A DNA stretch of 64,000 nt from a virus (Duplodnaviria; Caudoviricetes), in IMG/VR virus record IMGVR_UViG_3300028048_000072, positions 1-64,000 of that record; one strand, 5' to 3'. Position 1 is the stretch's first letter; each line of letters opens with the position of its first letter. The notes beneath the pieces are model-generated. The model was given only the letters and a program-made list of their open reading frames with translations, was not told where the DNA came from and searched no databases. Both the position numbers and the translations under genes were made by a program. This document shows positions 1 to 9,395 of the stretch, piece by piece.

Positions 1-144
1 ACCGCTATTCCTTGAACCGCTATTACATGAACCGCTATTATATGAACCGCTATTACATAAACCGCTATTCCTTGAACCGCTATTCCTTGAACCGCTATTC
101 CTTGAACCGCTATTCCATGAACCGCTATTATATGAACCGCTATT
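1..144. repeat. 15-bp tandem repeat (ACCGCTATTnnwTRA), at least 9.6 units, coding
   Basis: Units start at 1, 16, 31 ... 136 with an invariant ACCGCTATT core; encodes NSGS[Y/W/R/C] on the minus strand. Confidence 0.95.
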
Positions 145-438
145 GATAAGTTCTAACTTTTCTTCTCCTTCAATCTCTCTAAGAATTGTAAGTGAATTAG
201 TTCCATACTTATCACCACTCCTTACATAATCACCTGCAATAACTTCAAACAGTCTGCTTTCAGAAAGTTTATAATTACTTTCTTTTTCAATTGCAAAAAG
301 TTCTCTGCAAAAATGAAATACTTTATCTGTACAACATTCTAATTCTTCTTTCGGTGTGTCTTTGGTGTAAGTTTTCCCAACCTCAAACTTAAAACCTCTG
401 CAACAACCGTCTTTGTCTGTAGCCTTATATCCTATCAT
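1..438 (-). CDS. Pentapeptide (NSGxx) repeat protein, runs off the left window edge; not in the ORF track
   Basis: ATG at 438 preceded by GAGG. Translates MIGYKATDKDGCCRGFKFEVGKTY...FHFCREL...INSGSYNSGSWNSGSRNSGSR..., open to position 1. The N-terminus resembles the common phage 'GYK...CRGFxFEVGKTY' domain that precedes low-complexity repeats. Confidence 0.85.
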   Translation of the reverse strand, partial: MIGYKATDKDGCCRGFKFEVGKTYTKDTPKEELECCTDKVFHFCRELFAIEKESNYKLSESRLFEVIAGDYVRSGDKYGTNSLTILREIEGEEKLELINSGSYNSGSWNSGSRNSGSRNSGSRNSGLCNSGSYNSGSCNSGSRNSG

Positions 439-678
439 TCTCTTACCTCACTTGTTCGGTCTTTCCGAACTACTCATTTCTTCTAGTTCTCTTACCTTCT
501 CAATCGTGCATAATTGAATATTTCATAATTATTCCTCTCTTACAAATTATTTTAAACAAACATAATAAGTCTTGAGCGAATCATGTTTTCTATATAATTA
601 TCATATCAGATGAAATCATAAATGTTAAGTTAAAAATAAGTATTTACGTTTTTTTTTAATTATAACCATTAAAAATAT

Positions 679-710
679 AAAATCCCTAGATTTTTGCATC
701 TAGGGTTTTT
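679..710 (-). terminator. Intrinsic terminator
   Basis: CCCTAGAT/ATCTAGGG stem with flanking A/T tracts, directly after the stop of 714..1124. Confidence 0.7.
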
Positions 711-713
711 CAT

Positions 714-1124
714 TTATTCTTCATCAGATTCAAAATAACCTTGTTCTACACACCAATTATAAAACGATTCTTCACCATCATCAAGATATTCAACTTTATC
801 TTTAATGAAGTCATTTTTATAATATTCTGATAAAGAATAAAAATTACCATAACCATTTACAACATAATATTCTTCATTAGGGTCAAATGTTTCTTTTGAA
901 ACAAAATCACCTTTAATATATTGTCCACCAAAATACATACGATTAAGTAACCAATTTAAATCTTCTTTCTGTAAATAATATTGAAGGTCATCCATTTCAT
1001 GAATATAATCTTCCCAATCTCTACCAACATCATTTAAATATTCTTCACCGTATTCTTCAATCATTTCATCAAAATCCCAATCTTTAGGTGCATTGAAATT
1101 TTCGATTAATTTATTTCTTTTCAT
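714..1124 (-). CDS. Acidic hypothetical protein, paralog of 52695..53081
   Basis: Better start is ATG 1124 after AAGGAG. Shares APKDWDFD, F(D/N)PNxEY, NGYGN and FY(N/D)WCVxxGYFESDE with 52695..53081. Confidence 0.85.
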   Translation of the reverse strand: MKRNKLIENFNAPKDWDFDEMIEEYGEEYLNDVGRDWEDYIHEMDDLQYYLQKEDLNWLLNRMYFGGQYIKGDFVSKETFDPNEEYYVVNGYGNFYSLSEYYKNDFIKDKVEYLDDGEESFYNWCVEQGYFESDEE

Positions 1125-1173
1125 AGAATTCTCCTTATAAAATCTAGTCAAATATCAACTATATGTTTCATAA

Positions 1174-1572
1174 ATGGAGGATTTTATGGAAATAAACGGA
1201 AGAATCATTGAAGAATTACCCAAATTCTTTGTTCCTACTAAAAAGGAATTTGAAAAAAATATTGCTCACGCAAAAGCAATTTCAAACAATGAAAATAAGA
1301 AAATTGAATTAGAAAAATATTCTGTAATTTTTGCACTTATTCAAGAATTGGAATCTTTCTTAAACAAACATGAAGAAAATATTTCAATTCACATTAAAGA
1401 ATTAATGGATGAATTGAATGAATATTCTATAGTTCTAGGAAAATATGGTAAGAAATTAGAATGGGATGAAAATGCTAATTGGTTTTATCTTTCAGATATG
1501 AATAAATCTGATTGGTTACATTATGATAAAGAATGTAATGAAAAATATTTGAAAGATAGAAAATCAAAATAA
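1174..1572 (+). CDS. Hypothetical protein
   Basis: 132-aa ORF; GGAGG before ATG 1186 suggests a slightly later start. Confidence 0.7.
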   Translation: MEDFMEINGRIIEELPKFFVPTKKEFEKNIAHAKAISNNENKKIELEKYSVIFALIQELESFLNKHEENISIHIKELMDELNEYSIVLGKYGKKLEWDENANWFYLSDMNKSDWLHYDKECNEKYLKDRKSK

Positions 1573-1574
1573 AA

Positions 1575-2222
1575 TTACTTAAATAATGCTTTTACTTTTG
1601 GTAACAATACTTGCATTTGTGCAGTTAATTGTGGAGAAGTATGATTAGTTGGTGAACCACTTGTAACAAGTCCCGCTAAGTCATTGATTAATTCTTCCAA
1701 TAATGAGCCTAAACTATCAACACCATTAGTAAAAGTATATGTTTGATTTGGTGTTTCTGTTACTATAGCACCATTTTTATCAAATAATGCAAAACTTCCA
1801 CTTTTATGAATAAACCCATGAGAGCCATCTTTATTATTATGAAATTCCAATCCACCATCATCATATAATCTGAATATTAAATTTTCATAAGTAGTGTCTA
1901 TAGGTGATTTATTAGCATCTTTTCCTTTACTTAAAACATTACTTACTTTAGAAAAATCAAATAATCCATAAAAATATCGGTTTCCTAGCCAATAAAATTT
2001 CTTATAATATTTATCTGCCAAAACATATACTGTAGAATCTACTCTAGGTAAATCATTACTTAATGTAGATGAAGATTGTTCTAATATAAAAGGTGATGCC
2101 CACGGCAAATCAGAATCTTTCATTTTTTCAAAGTAGGGTAAAATTCTAACTTGAACTCTACCTTGTTTTTGAGAATCAGATATACTTACTACTTTTGCCG
2201 TAAATAATTTTAACTCATCCAT
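1575..2222 (-). CDS. Baseplate spike protein (gp5/VgrG-like OB-fold N-terminus)
   Basis: AKVVSISDSQKQGRVQVRI...LPWASP...LPRVDSTVYV motif, then HKSGS beta-helix-like segment; located next to hub and TMP genes. Confidence 0.75.
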   Translation of the reverse strand: MDELKLFTAKVVSISDSQKQGRVQVRILPYFEKMKDSDLPWASPFILEQSSSTLSNDLPRVDSTVYVLADKYYKKFYWLGNRYFYGLFDFSKVSNVLSKGKDANKSPIDTTYENLIFRLYDDGGLEFHNNKDGSHGFIHKSGSFALFDKNGAIVTETPNQTYTFTNGVDSLGSLLEELINDLAGLVTSGSPTNHTSPQLTAQMQVLLPKVKALFK

Positions 2223-2226
2223 AAAT

Positions 2227-3420
2227 TTACCTACTCACAATTAATCCTAAGTTTCTATAAGAACTTGTCAATTTTACAGTCTGTTTAGAACATATTAAAA
2301 TAGTATATGCTTTATTACCATCCCATTTATGATAACATGTTTCTATAAGATATGTATTTGAATTTCTAAGAGAATCCATTTCATTTCCATCCATATCTTT
2401 TATAGGGAATGTTGCCTTAATCTTTTTTCCACTTCTTAATCGATAATCAAAATTTACAGTTATCAATATTTTATCGATGAAAAATTCTTTATCAAGTCCA
2501 CTAACTTCAAATCCCAATCTATTATTTTTAATTTCTGTAGAATAAGTATCTTCATCAATAATATTCTTTATATCAGTGATATTATTTTCATTAATTCTAA
2601 TTGGAATAGGGTTTTTATCATTTGATGGATAATCTGAAATTAAAGATTTATCATTATCAGTTACCCAATCTCCCTTATTATTAAAATGACCTAAAATTCT
2701 ATGATATGAATTTCTCATTTCTTCTTCTGATTCTTGTAAAAAGTTTACAGTATTTATGTTTTTTGTTGAGAAATTATTTACCATACCCATAGAAGAATAT
2801 TCAAATTCTTTAATTGGTGTCTGTTGATTTAAAATATTTAAATTCTTAAAATTGAATGTATTATCACATCCAATAAAAAAGAAAAAAGGTGTTTTATTTG
2901 CATTAGTTGAGTATGCAAAAGGTAATAATAATTCTTTAATAAATTTATAATCTTCCATGTAAGGTTGATACCAAACACCTTGATTCAAAGTATCATCTAC
3001 GTTGATAGAATCAAATTTATAAGAATTTGCTATATCGTTTACAATATCAGAAATGTTATTATTATATGCTACACATTTTTTACCTTGATGATAATACCAA
3101 TCATGAATCAATGATAATTCAATATCACCCGCTATTGAGTTTTGAGTATATTGTTGTGGTACAGAATTCTTTTCTACACGATAAGAACAAGTCATCATTT
3201 TATTTTCAGACCTACCCATTGATATTGTTAATTTTGTACCATTTATTAATCCTAAATATTCATTCATTAATCCGTTAGAATCAGAAAATGTCATATTCAT
3301 TTTTGGAAAAATAGAATATATAGAATCACATACAGTAAATACATAAGCAGATGGTGCAACATCAATTACTTCATCATCTATTTTTAAATTCAAATAATAA
3401 TTTCCAAATGCATCTGCCAT
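2227..3420 (-). CDS. Baseplate hub protein (gp27/gpD-like)
   Basis: 397 aa, beta-rich, C-terminal 'YLIETCYHKW' pattern; position directly upstream of the spike gene. Confidence 0.6.
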   Translation of the reverse strand: MADAFGNYYLNLKIDDEVIDVAPSAYVFTVCDSIYSIFPKMNMTFSDSNGLMNEYLGLINGTKLTISMGRSENKMMTCSYRVEKNSVPQQYTQNSIAGDIELSLIHDWYYHQGKKCVAYNNNISDIVNDIANSYKFDSINVDDTLNQGVWYQPYMEDYKFIKELLLPFAYSTNANKTPFFFFIGCDNTFNFKNLNILNQQTPIKEFEYSSMGMVNNFSTKNINTVNFLQESEEEMRNSYHRILGHFNNKGDWVTDNDKSLISDYPSNDKNPIPIRINENNITDIKNIIDEDTYSTEIKNNRLGFEVSGLDKEFFIDKILITVNFDYRLRSGKKIKATFPIKDMDGNEMDSLRNSNTYLIETCYHKWDGNKAYTILICSKQTVKLTSSYRNLGLIVSR

Positions 3421-3423
3421 ATA

Positions 3424-3795
3424 TTAGAAATCCTCCAAATCCGTACTTTCCATTTTGGTACTTTTTTTAACTTCTTCACCGATTAAAGATGACAAATACC
3501 ATGAATCTAAATCCTTTTTAGAAATGAGATTTATTTTTCTTTCAAAATTTGATTCCAATGTAATATCTTCAACATCAGACAACCACAAAATCATATCATC
3601 ATAGAAATCAAAATTTCCATAATATTTATAAATCAAATCAAAAAATCTTAAACAGTCATTTTCTGTTAAAGAATAATTCAACGGTTTAGTATTAATTACT
3701 AAAGTTTCCAACGGGAATGTAGATAAATCAGGATAATTATTACCATCGCTATCTGTAAATTCTGAATTTCTCATAAGTTGATATTTATTCTTCAT
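3424..3795 (-). CDS. Baseplate wedge/glue protein (gp53/LysM-like)
   Basis: 'RFFDLIYKYYG...DMILWLSDV' pattern, size and synteny. Confidence 0.5.
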   Translation of the reverse strand: MKNKYQLMRNSEFTDSDGNNYPDLSTFPLETLVINTKPLNYSLTENDCLRFFDLIYKYYGNFDFYDDMILWLSDVEDITLESNFERKINLISKKDLDSWYLSSLIGEEVKKSTKMESTDLEDF

Positions 3796-3806
3796 TATTC
3801 ATACTC

Positions 3807-4556
3807 CTATTGTACTTGTGTATTATCATCTATTGATGGTTTTCTCATAGATTCCAAAATATTATCCAACATATCAGTTGTAGCAATTTCAAGTGTTCTA
3901 AATTCAAAACTTAATTCACATTCAATTGGATAACCTTTTTCATCCAATATTTTAGAAAATTGAGCATCAACACCTTTTATAATTACGTTAGGTATAGTTA
4001 CATAATCTGCAATCTTTACAGTAAATACACCTTTAGATTTTACAGATTCCAAACTACCAAATTTTTTATCATCTGTAGCACTTCCATTTGCTTGTAAAAT
4101 CGCTTCAATATTCGGGCCAGGGGGTATCAATGTTGTTAAATTTATAGTATATGTTCCTATATTTATTTTACCGTCTTTACCAATAATTGATTTTGATTTT
4201 GTAGGTAATGATAAATTTACTAAAGCCATAGCGGGTGCTACTACATCACTAAAAGCATCATCATTCATATATAAATGGGCAGAAATAGTAAACTCTAAAG
4301 GTTCTGTACTTTCCCATACTTGAACACCTTGCATGGCAAATTGTCCACTAGGTAAACTTTTACCACCAAAACTAAAAGAAGATGAAACAATATTCAACAA
4401 ATTATTAGAACTTGCTTTCCAAAGTGAATTAAAATTAGAACTTGTTTTTAAATCAAATTCACCATCAATATATAATATTTGCGAAATAATATCATTTCCA
4501 TTTTGAGTTATTTTTAATTTTCTTCCTCTATCGTTACTTATAGTATTAAGAATCAT
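3807..4556 (-). CDS. Tail tube initiator / baseplate-tube junction protein
   Basis: 'QVWESTEPLEFTI...NVIIKGVDAQF...GYPIECELSFEF' tube-fold pattern, directly downstream of the TMP. Confidence 0.6.
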   Translation of the reverse strand: MILNTISNDRGRKLKITQNGNDIISQILYIDGEFDLKTSSNFNSLWKASSNNLLNIVSSSFSFGGKSLPSGQFAMQGVQVWESTEPLEFTISAHLYMNDDAFSDVVAPAMALVNLSLPTKSKSIIGKDGKINIGTYTINLTTLIPPGPNIEAILQANGSATDDKKFGSLESVKSKGVFTVKIADYVTIPNVIIKGVDAQFSKILDEKGYPIECELSFEFRTLEIATTDMLDNILESMRKPSIDDNTQVQ

Positions 4557-6655
4557 TATCTACTCCCTACTAAAAAATCTAAATCACTTCTTGTTTGAGA
4601 AGGTAATACAACTTCAAGATTTTTATTAACAATCTGAACCAAACAATCTATAATCTTGTCCATTTTTTCAGATGCATTAGAACTCATACCCACATAACCT
4701 AAATTGTTATTTAAATCTTTATTAGAATCTACTCTTATAGAATTTAAATTTTGTGGAATATTTTTTGTAGCAATAATATTATCATCTACAGATGTACGTA
4801 TAATTGTACCGTCTGATTTAATAATTGCGTCATTTACATCTACAGTTCTACTACTTTTCCAAGTTTCATAATCAGTTTTACCCGTTTTCTTATCTTTAAA
4901 GAACATTCCACTTACAATTTCTGCTACACCTTTGAAAAAACCATTTTCATTTATTTTTTCACTTGCGTAAACAAAGAAATCAGAAATTGCAGATAAGAAA
5001 TTTTTAATAGGTGCAATTACAACTTTATCCATAAAATCAGATATTTTATTTTTAGCATCTTCCCATGTTACATCAGAACCAAATAAATTACTAACTGCAT
5101 CAAAAATAAATCCTATTGCTCTATCTAAAAGACCACCTACTTTACTTGCTAAACCACTAGAAAAAAATGTTTTAATTAATGTTGGTATTGGAGCAATTAT
5201 AAAACCAAGAGTATTTACAAACATATTTCCCAATAATTTCTTCTTTGATTTTAAACTATCCAAAAGTACCTTGAAAAATGCAGGAACTTTTTTTGTAAAG
5301 AATTCAGGAATCCAAACAGTGAATAAGTTTACAAAGAATTTACCGATAGCATTAAAGGCTTTTGACATTCTTTCACCACCAATAAATCCTAATATTCCAC
5401 CAATCACTGCACCAATCAAACCACCTGCAATTGTTCCAACAACGGGTACTACAGAACCAATTACTGCACCAATACCCATCCATTTTCCCATATTTTTAAA
5501 AGCACCTTTAATGCCTTTATCTAATCCACCAAAAATACCACCTAAAGCACTCGCACCTTTTCCAACTCCCCATTCTTTTGCCTTAAACATACCTAAAATA
5601 CCGTCTTTTATAACATCAATAACAGATGTAATAATTGCTAAAGGTAACATCGCTTTACCCGCCGCTTTTGTTGCACCACTTCCTAAAAATTTAAAAAGTC
5701 CACCACCTTTTCCTAAAAAGTTTTTACCAAAAGACTTTATCAAAAGCATCATTCCTCTTAATGCTTTTCCAAGAATAGGAATATTCTTAATGAGTTGAAA
5801 TAAAGTTGTAAATAATAATGGTAAACTTTTAAAAAATTCACCAACACCTTTTATCTTACCAAAAATACCACCAAAAAGACCATCATCTTTTTCTTTTCCA
5901 ATCATTTTCTTCAATTTATCAATAATATAAATACCCGTATATTCGTTATTTTTTAACAAATCTTTTTCTTGTGGATGTTTCTTTGTTAATTTTTTTCTAG
6001 TAAAGAAATTTTTAAGTCCACTAAAAACACTTCCTCCAAAAAATTCTTCAAATGGAGAAAGTAATAAATTAAACGGGCCGAGAAAAGCACCACGCAAACT
6101 TGTAGAATTTTTTTCTACAACTTTAGTTACATTTTTCATTGTACTTTCAAAAAATTCTTTTATTTGTGCATCTTTTTCTTCAAAAGATTGTTTGAACATT
6201 TCTTGTTGTTTTTTCATTTGCTCTTGTTGTTTTTTCGTTTCTTCAATTTGTTCTTTATTCATGATTTCATTTCTTTTATCCATGAATTCTATTTCTTTTA
6301 ATTCAAATTGTTCTCTTGTGATTTTTCCTTCAGATAAACTCTTAGTTAATTGAATCATTGTGTTTTCCAATTCCTTCAATCGCTTATTTTTTTCTGATTC
6401 TTTTTTCTGTTCTTCTGCTTTTTTCTTCACATCTTCTTCATAAGATTTACCAAATTTATTTAAATTATCATTTAATTTTGTCAATTCGGTTTTCAAAATT
6501 TCATTCATAAATTTATAAGTATTATCATCCATTTTTGATGGTTTACTTACACCTAAAGGATTTGAGGAATGTAAATTGTTATTATTGTTTATATTTGCTC
6601 TTGCATTTCTATTTGTACTTGTTTTACTTGCCATAATATAAAAATCCCTATTCAT
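4556..6655 (-). CDS. Tape measure protein
   Basis: Coiled-coil N-half and Gly/Ala-rich hydrophobic GAVIGSVVPVVGTIAGGLIG segment; follows the chaperone genes. The start may be ATG 6634 (MASK). Confidence 0.75.
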   Translation of the reverse strand: MNRDFYIMASKTSTNRNARANINNNNNLHSSNPLGVSKPSKMDDNTYKFMNEILKTELTKLNDNLNKFGKSYEEDVKKKAEEQKKESEKNKRLKELENTMIQLTKSLSEGKITREQFELKEIEFMDKRNEIMNKEQIEETKKQQEQMKKQQEMFKQSFEEKDAQIKEFFESTMKNVTKVVEKNSTSLRGAFLGPFNLLLSPFEEFFGGSVFSGLKNFFTRKKLTKKHPQEKDLLKNNEYTGIYIIDKLKKMIGKEKDDGLFGGIFGKIKGVGEFFKSLPLLFTTLFQLIKNIPILGKALRGMMLLIKSFGKNFLGKGGGLFKFLGSGATKAAGKAMLPLAIITSVIDVIKDGILGMFKAKEWGVGKGASALGGIFGGLDKGIKGAFKNMGKWMGIGAVIGSVVPVVGTIAGGLIGAVIGGILGFIGGERMSKAFNAIGKFFVNLFTVWIPEFFTKKVPAFFKVLLDSLKSKKKLLGNMFVNTLGFIIAPIPTLIKTFFSSGLASKVGGLLDRAIGFIFDAVSNLFGSDVTWEDAKNKISDFMDKVVIAPIKNFLSAISDFFVYASEKINENGFFKGVAEIVSGMFFKDKKTGKTDYETWKSSRTVDVNDAIIKSDGTIIRTSVDDNIIATKNIPQNLNSIRVDSNKDLNNNLGYVGMSSNASEKMDKIIDCLVQIVNKNLEVVLPSQTRSDLDFLVGSR

Positions 6656-6659
6656 CTAA

Positions 6660-6666
6660 ATAGTTA
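6660..6666 (-). promoter_or_regulatory. Putative late promoter TAACTAT (representative of about 20 sites), in the loop of a hairpin before the TMP gene
   Basis: Other sites start near 7930, 9346, 14354, 19620, 23292, 24107, 27217, 27741, 29079, 30858, 33191, 34154, 34666 and 38643 (minus), and 14342, 46572, 50358, 51308, 59225 and 61137 (plus), each just upstream of a gene start. Confidence 0.75.
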
Positions 6667-6687
6667 CGAATAGGGATTTTACTATAC

Positions 6688-6894
6688 TTATTTAGTATAT
6701 AAAGGGCATTTAAAGGCTTTCATTAAAGAAACATCGTATTCTTGTTTTGCCTTTAATTTATCCTTGTAATTTTTACCCAACATTTTTGACAATTTAATAA
6801 TTCTGCTATATGGTGCAGACATTAAATCATGATATGTTCCAAAATTAAGTTCAATCAAATTCGACAACAAATCTATCATCTGTTGTTCGGTCAT
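6688..6894 (-). CDS. Tail assembly chaperone C-terminal part (gp51/gpT-like); possible frameshift product
   Basis: Overlaps the upstream gene by 44 nt in the +1 frame; no clear RBS before its ATG. Confidence 0.55.
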   Translation of the reverse strand: MTEQQMIDLLSNLIELNFGTYHDLMSAPYSRIIKLSKMLGKNYKDKLKAKQEYDVSLMKAFKCPLYTK

Positions 6895-7903
6895 TAGTTG
6901 GTATGAAATCGGTAAATTGAAAGGGAATTTTCTTCACCACCTTTTTATTCAAAGATGGAATAAAAACATTTACATCTTCAACTATACCAAAATTAAATTT
7001 TTCCAAAAACTTCTCATATTGAACCCATACACCACTAGAAATTTTATCATTGAAAAGACTTAATTTTTCTTCCAAAGATTCACATTCTTTATCATTAAAA
7101 GCGACAATTTGCATGGCTTGAACAATTTTAGTTACCATAACTGTCATTCTTTCAATTAAATCATAATATTCCTTACATTCATCTTCATGCTTAGAATAAA
7201 ATTCTTCAAACATAGCATTTTGTTTTTCTTCATTTTTAATAGATTGAAGTTTAGATAATTGTGTTTTAATGTTTGTATATTTCAACAATTCATCTTTGAA
7301 AAATTCTTTACAATATGCAGTTGCTTTATAAGAATCATCCAAAATAGGAATTCTTAATTTAATTTTATCATTAGTTCTAGTATCTTTAATTGTAAATGGA
7401 ATTTTTACATCACCAATGAAATCATCATTTTCGTCATATCCCAAATTCTGAATATTTAATTCTGATAATGAAATATCTACAGTATCGATGTTATCTTTAT
7501 GATTTAATTGACCTTCTTCTGTTCCTTCTTCCAAAGAATCATCGATATAAATTTTCTTTTCGATTGTATCTGAAACAAACATTTTGTGTAATGAATATAA
7601 AATTACAACTACATCTTTTTCAGAAAGTTTAGAAACATCAAATTTTTCATAATTCAAATTTGTCAAAACTTTACATAAATTCTGATTAGTTTCATCATGA
7701 ATATTTAAATCCATTACATCAGAAAAACTATAATCCCTAAAATGTAAAGATTTAGGGCAACCATATTTACCTAAAGAAGGTAATTTAATTTCAACATAAG
7801 AAGATGGAATTTTTTTATCGCTTTCTATTTTCTTGTCAATTTCTTCAACATCTACTTTTTGATTAAATTCATCAATAATTAATCTTGACGGTTTATCACT
7901 CAT
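6851..7903 (-). CDS. Baseplate hub / tail assembly chaperone (T4 gp26-like)
   Basis: 'EIKLPSLGKY...LHFR...LSEKDVVVILYSL...IKLRIP' pattern; upstream of the TMP. Confidence 0.6.
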   Translation of the reverse strand: MSDKPSRLIIDEFNQKVDVEEIDKKIESDKKIPSSYVEIKLPSLGKYGCPKSLHFRDYSFSDVMDLNIHDETNQNLCKVLTNLNYEKFDVSKLSEKDVVVILYSLHKMFVSDTIEKKIYIDDSLEEGTEEGQLNHKDNIDTVDISLSELNIQNLGYDENDDFIGDVKIPFTIKDTRTNDKIKLRIPILDDSYKATAYCKEFFKDELLKYTNIKTQLSKLQSIKNEEKQNAMFEEFYSKHEDECKEYYDLIERMTVMVTKIVQAMQIVAFNDKECESLEEKLSLFNDKISSGVWVQYEKFLEKFNFGIVEDVNVFIPSLNKKVVKKIPFQFTDFIPTNDRTTDDRFVVEFD

Positions 7904-7932
7904 ACAAAAAATCCTCCATGTATAATTAATAG

Positions 7933-8586
7933 TTATAAAGTAATTAAATCATTTACACCATTATAAAATGTAGTTGATGATTTTTCACATTCTAATTCAA
8001 TGCTAAATTCCATAGGTTCACCGTTATCTACACCTAAATCAAAATCATCAATTTTAGAAATATAACAATTTTTAAGTTCATGTGTCATAATTTTATGAAC
8101 TTCAATATTATTTAAATCAACATATCCGACTAACGCTAATATTGCTTGTGAAGTAAGTCTATTCTCTATATTTCTTACAAATCCGTCATTGTTTCTTTGA
8201 ATTGCTATTTGAGTAATGTGAAAATCTTTACCTTCTTTTCTCCAACCATTTTTTACACAGTTCTTATCAAAATCAAATATAGTATCTTGCCATTTTTTAA
8301 ATTTAGATAACCATATTGTTTTTTTAGAATCAAAAAAATTTATAGTTACTGAACTAGGAAAATTACGTTCTTTAACATTAATCATTCCAAAATCTGTTTT
8401 TTCTAATTCTACATTGGAAAAAGGAACATTTACAGACTGAACATATACATCTAACAAACATTTACCATCTGAAAATTTCGCACTTTCACTATTATTGGCT
8501 CTATCAGTAACTTCAATGTACCACATATTTTGCAAAATTAAATCATCAGGTTTATTTGACCAAGTACATATATTATCTAATGTCAT
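7933..8586 (-). CDS. Tail tube-fold protein (gp19/gp54-like)
   Basis: 'VQSVNVP...VTINFFD...FKKWQD...LKNCYISKI...EFSIEL' tube-fold pattern. Confidence 0.65.
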   Translation of the reverse strand: MTLDNICTWSNKPDDLILQNMWYIEVTDRANNSESAKFSDGKCLLDVYVQSVNVPFSNVELEKTDFGMINVKERNFPSSVTINFFDSKKTIWLSKFKKWQDTIFDFDKNCVKNGWRKEGKDFHITQIAIQRNNDGFVRNIENRLTSQAILALVGYVDLNNIEVHKIMTHELKNCYISKIDDFDLGVDNGEPMEFSIELECEKSSTTFYNGVNDLITL

Positions 8587-8599
8587 GAACTACTCCTTA

Positions 8600-9337
8600 T
8601 TAAGAAATAGTTGTATTTTCTGTTTCTTCTTCACTTTCTTCTTCACTTTCTTCATCTTCTTCTTTTTCTTCTAATTGCCAAGAACCTACACCAACTACAC
8701 TTTGAGTAGTTCCCGTACCACTTGTATTTACAATACTTAATAATGGATTTTCCAAAATTCCTTGAATATGATTTGCCATTTTATCACATAAACATTCATC
8801 TGTATCCTTATATTTTGTTCCAATTTCCAATCGTTCATTGTATTGTTCGGGAGTTTCACCTTCTAATTGATTTATTTCAATAAAATCTGCAGTCAATAAT
8901 GTACCTAAAGAAGATGCTATATCAAAAGTAAGATTTCCACTCATATTACCCGCACTATTCAAACATAAAATTTGAGAATTTAAAAATAACAAATTTAATG
9001 CAGATGAAATACCATTTGCCAAAACTACTTCTCCACCTACAGTTATAGCAGACAATAATTTTACCACACTTAATAAAGATGAAATTGCACTTGATGTATC
9101 TCCTTTTATATAATATGAAACACCTACACCAACATACGGTGAACTTCCTACTGTACCACTATCGACTGTATAAACATGTCCACTTTCAAAAAATGTTTCA
9201 ATTGCATTTATAAACTGATTACAAAAATTTTCATCTGTAGGAATTTCTTTACACGATAAAAAAGCATCATATAATAAATCTTTCAAATTTACCGATTCAT
9301 CATTATTTTCTTCATTTTCTAATTCTTCATCTTCCAT
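8600..9337 (-). CDS. Putative virion structural protein
   Basis: Lies in the tail cluster and is preceded by TAACTAT; acidic termini. Confidence 0.5.
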   Translation of the reverse strand: MEDEELENEENNDESVNLKDLLYDAFLSCKEIPTDENFCNQFINAIETFFESGHVYTVDSGTVGSSPYVGVGVSYYIKGDTSSAISSLLSVVKLLSAITVGGEVVLANGISSALNLLFLNSQILCLNSAGNMSGNLTFDIASSLGTLLTADFIEINQLEGETPEQYNERLEIGTKYKDTDECLCDKMANHIQGILENPLLSIVNTSGTGTTQSVVGVGSWQLEEKEEDEESEEESEEETENTTIS

Positions 9338-9360
9338 AAAAACAATAGTTAGTTAAAAAT

Positions 9361-9394
9361 AAAAATCCCTAGAGTTTATTCTAGGGATTTTTTA
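9361..9394 (-). terminator. Intrinsic terminator
   Basis: AAAAATCCCTAGA...TCTAGGGATTTTT inverted repeat after the 9396 stop. Confidence 0.7.
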
Positions 9395-9395
9395 A

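Noticed and set aside
1-144. CRISPR array
   Set aside because: The units are contiguous 15-mers with no unique spacers and lie in frame within a coding sequence.
1-438. Diversity-generating retroelement target
   Set aside because: No reverse transcriptase or template repeat is visible in the window, and the variation is not clearly adenine-specific.
445-680. Small ORF or structured ncRNA in the intergenic gap
   Set aside because: Only ORFs under 10 codons and one short hairpin (TTCGG-TCTTT-CCGAA) are present, which is not enough support.
5271-5798. 175-aa Pro-rich plus-strand ORF
   Set aside because: It is the antisense shadow of the Gly-rich tape measure segment and has no RBS.
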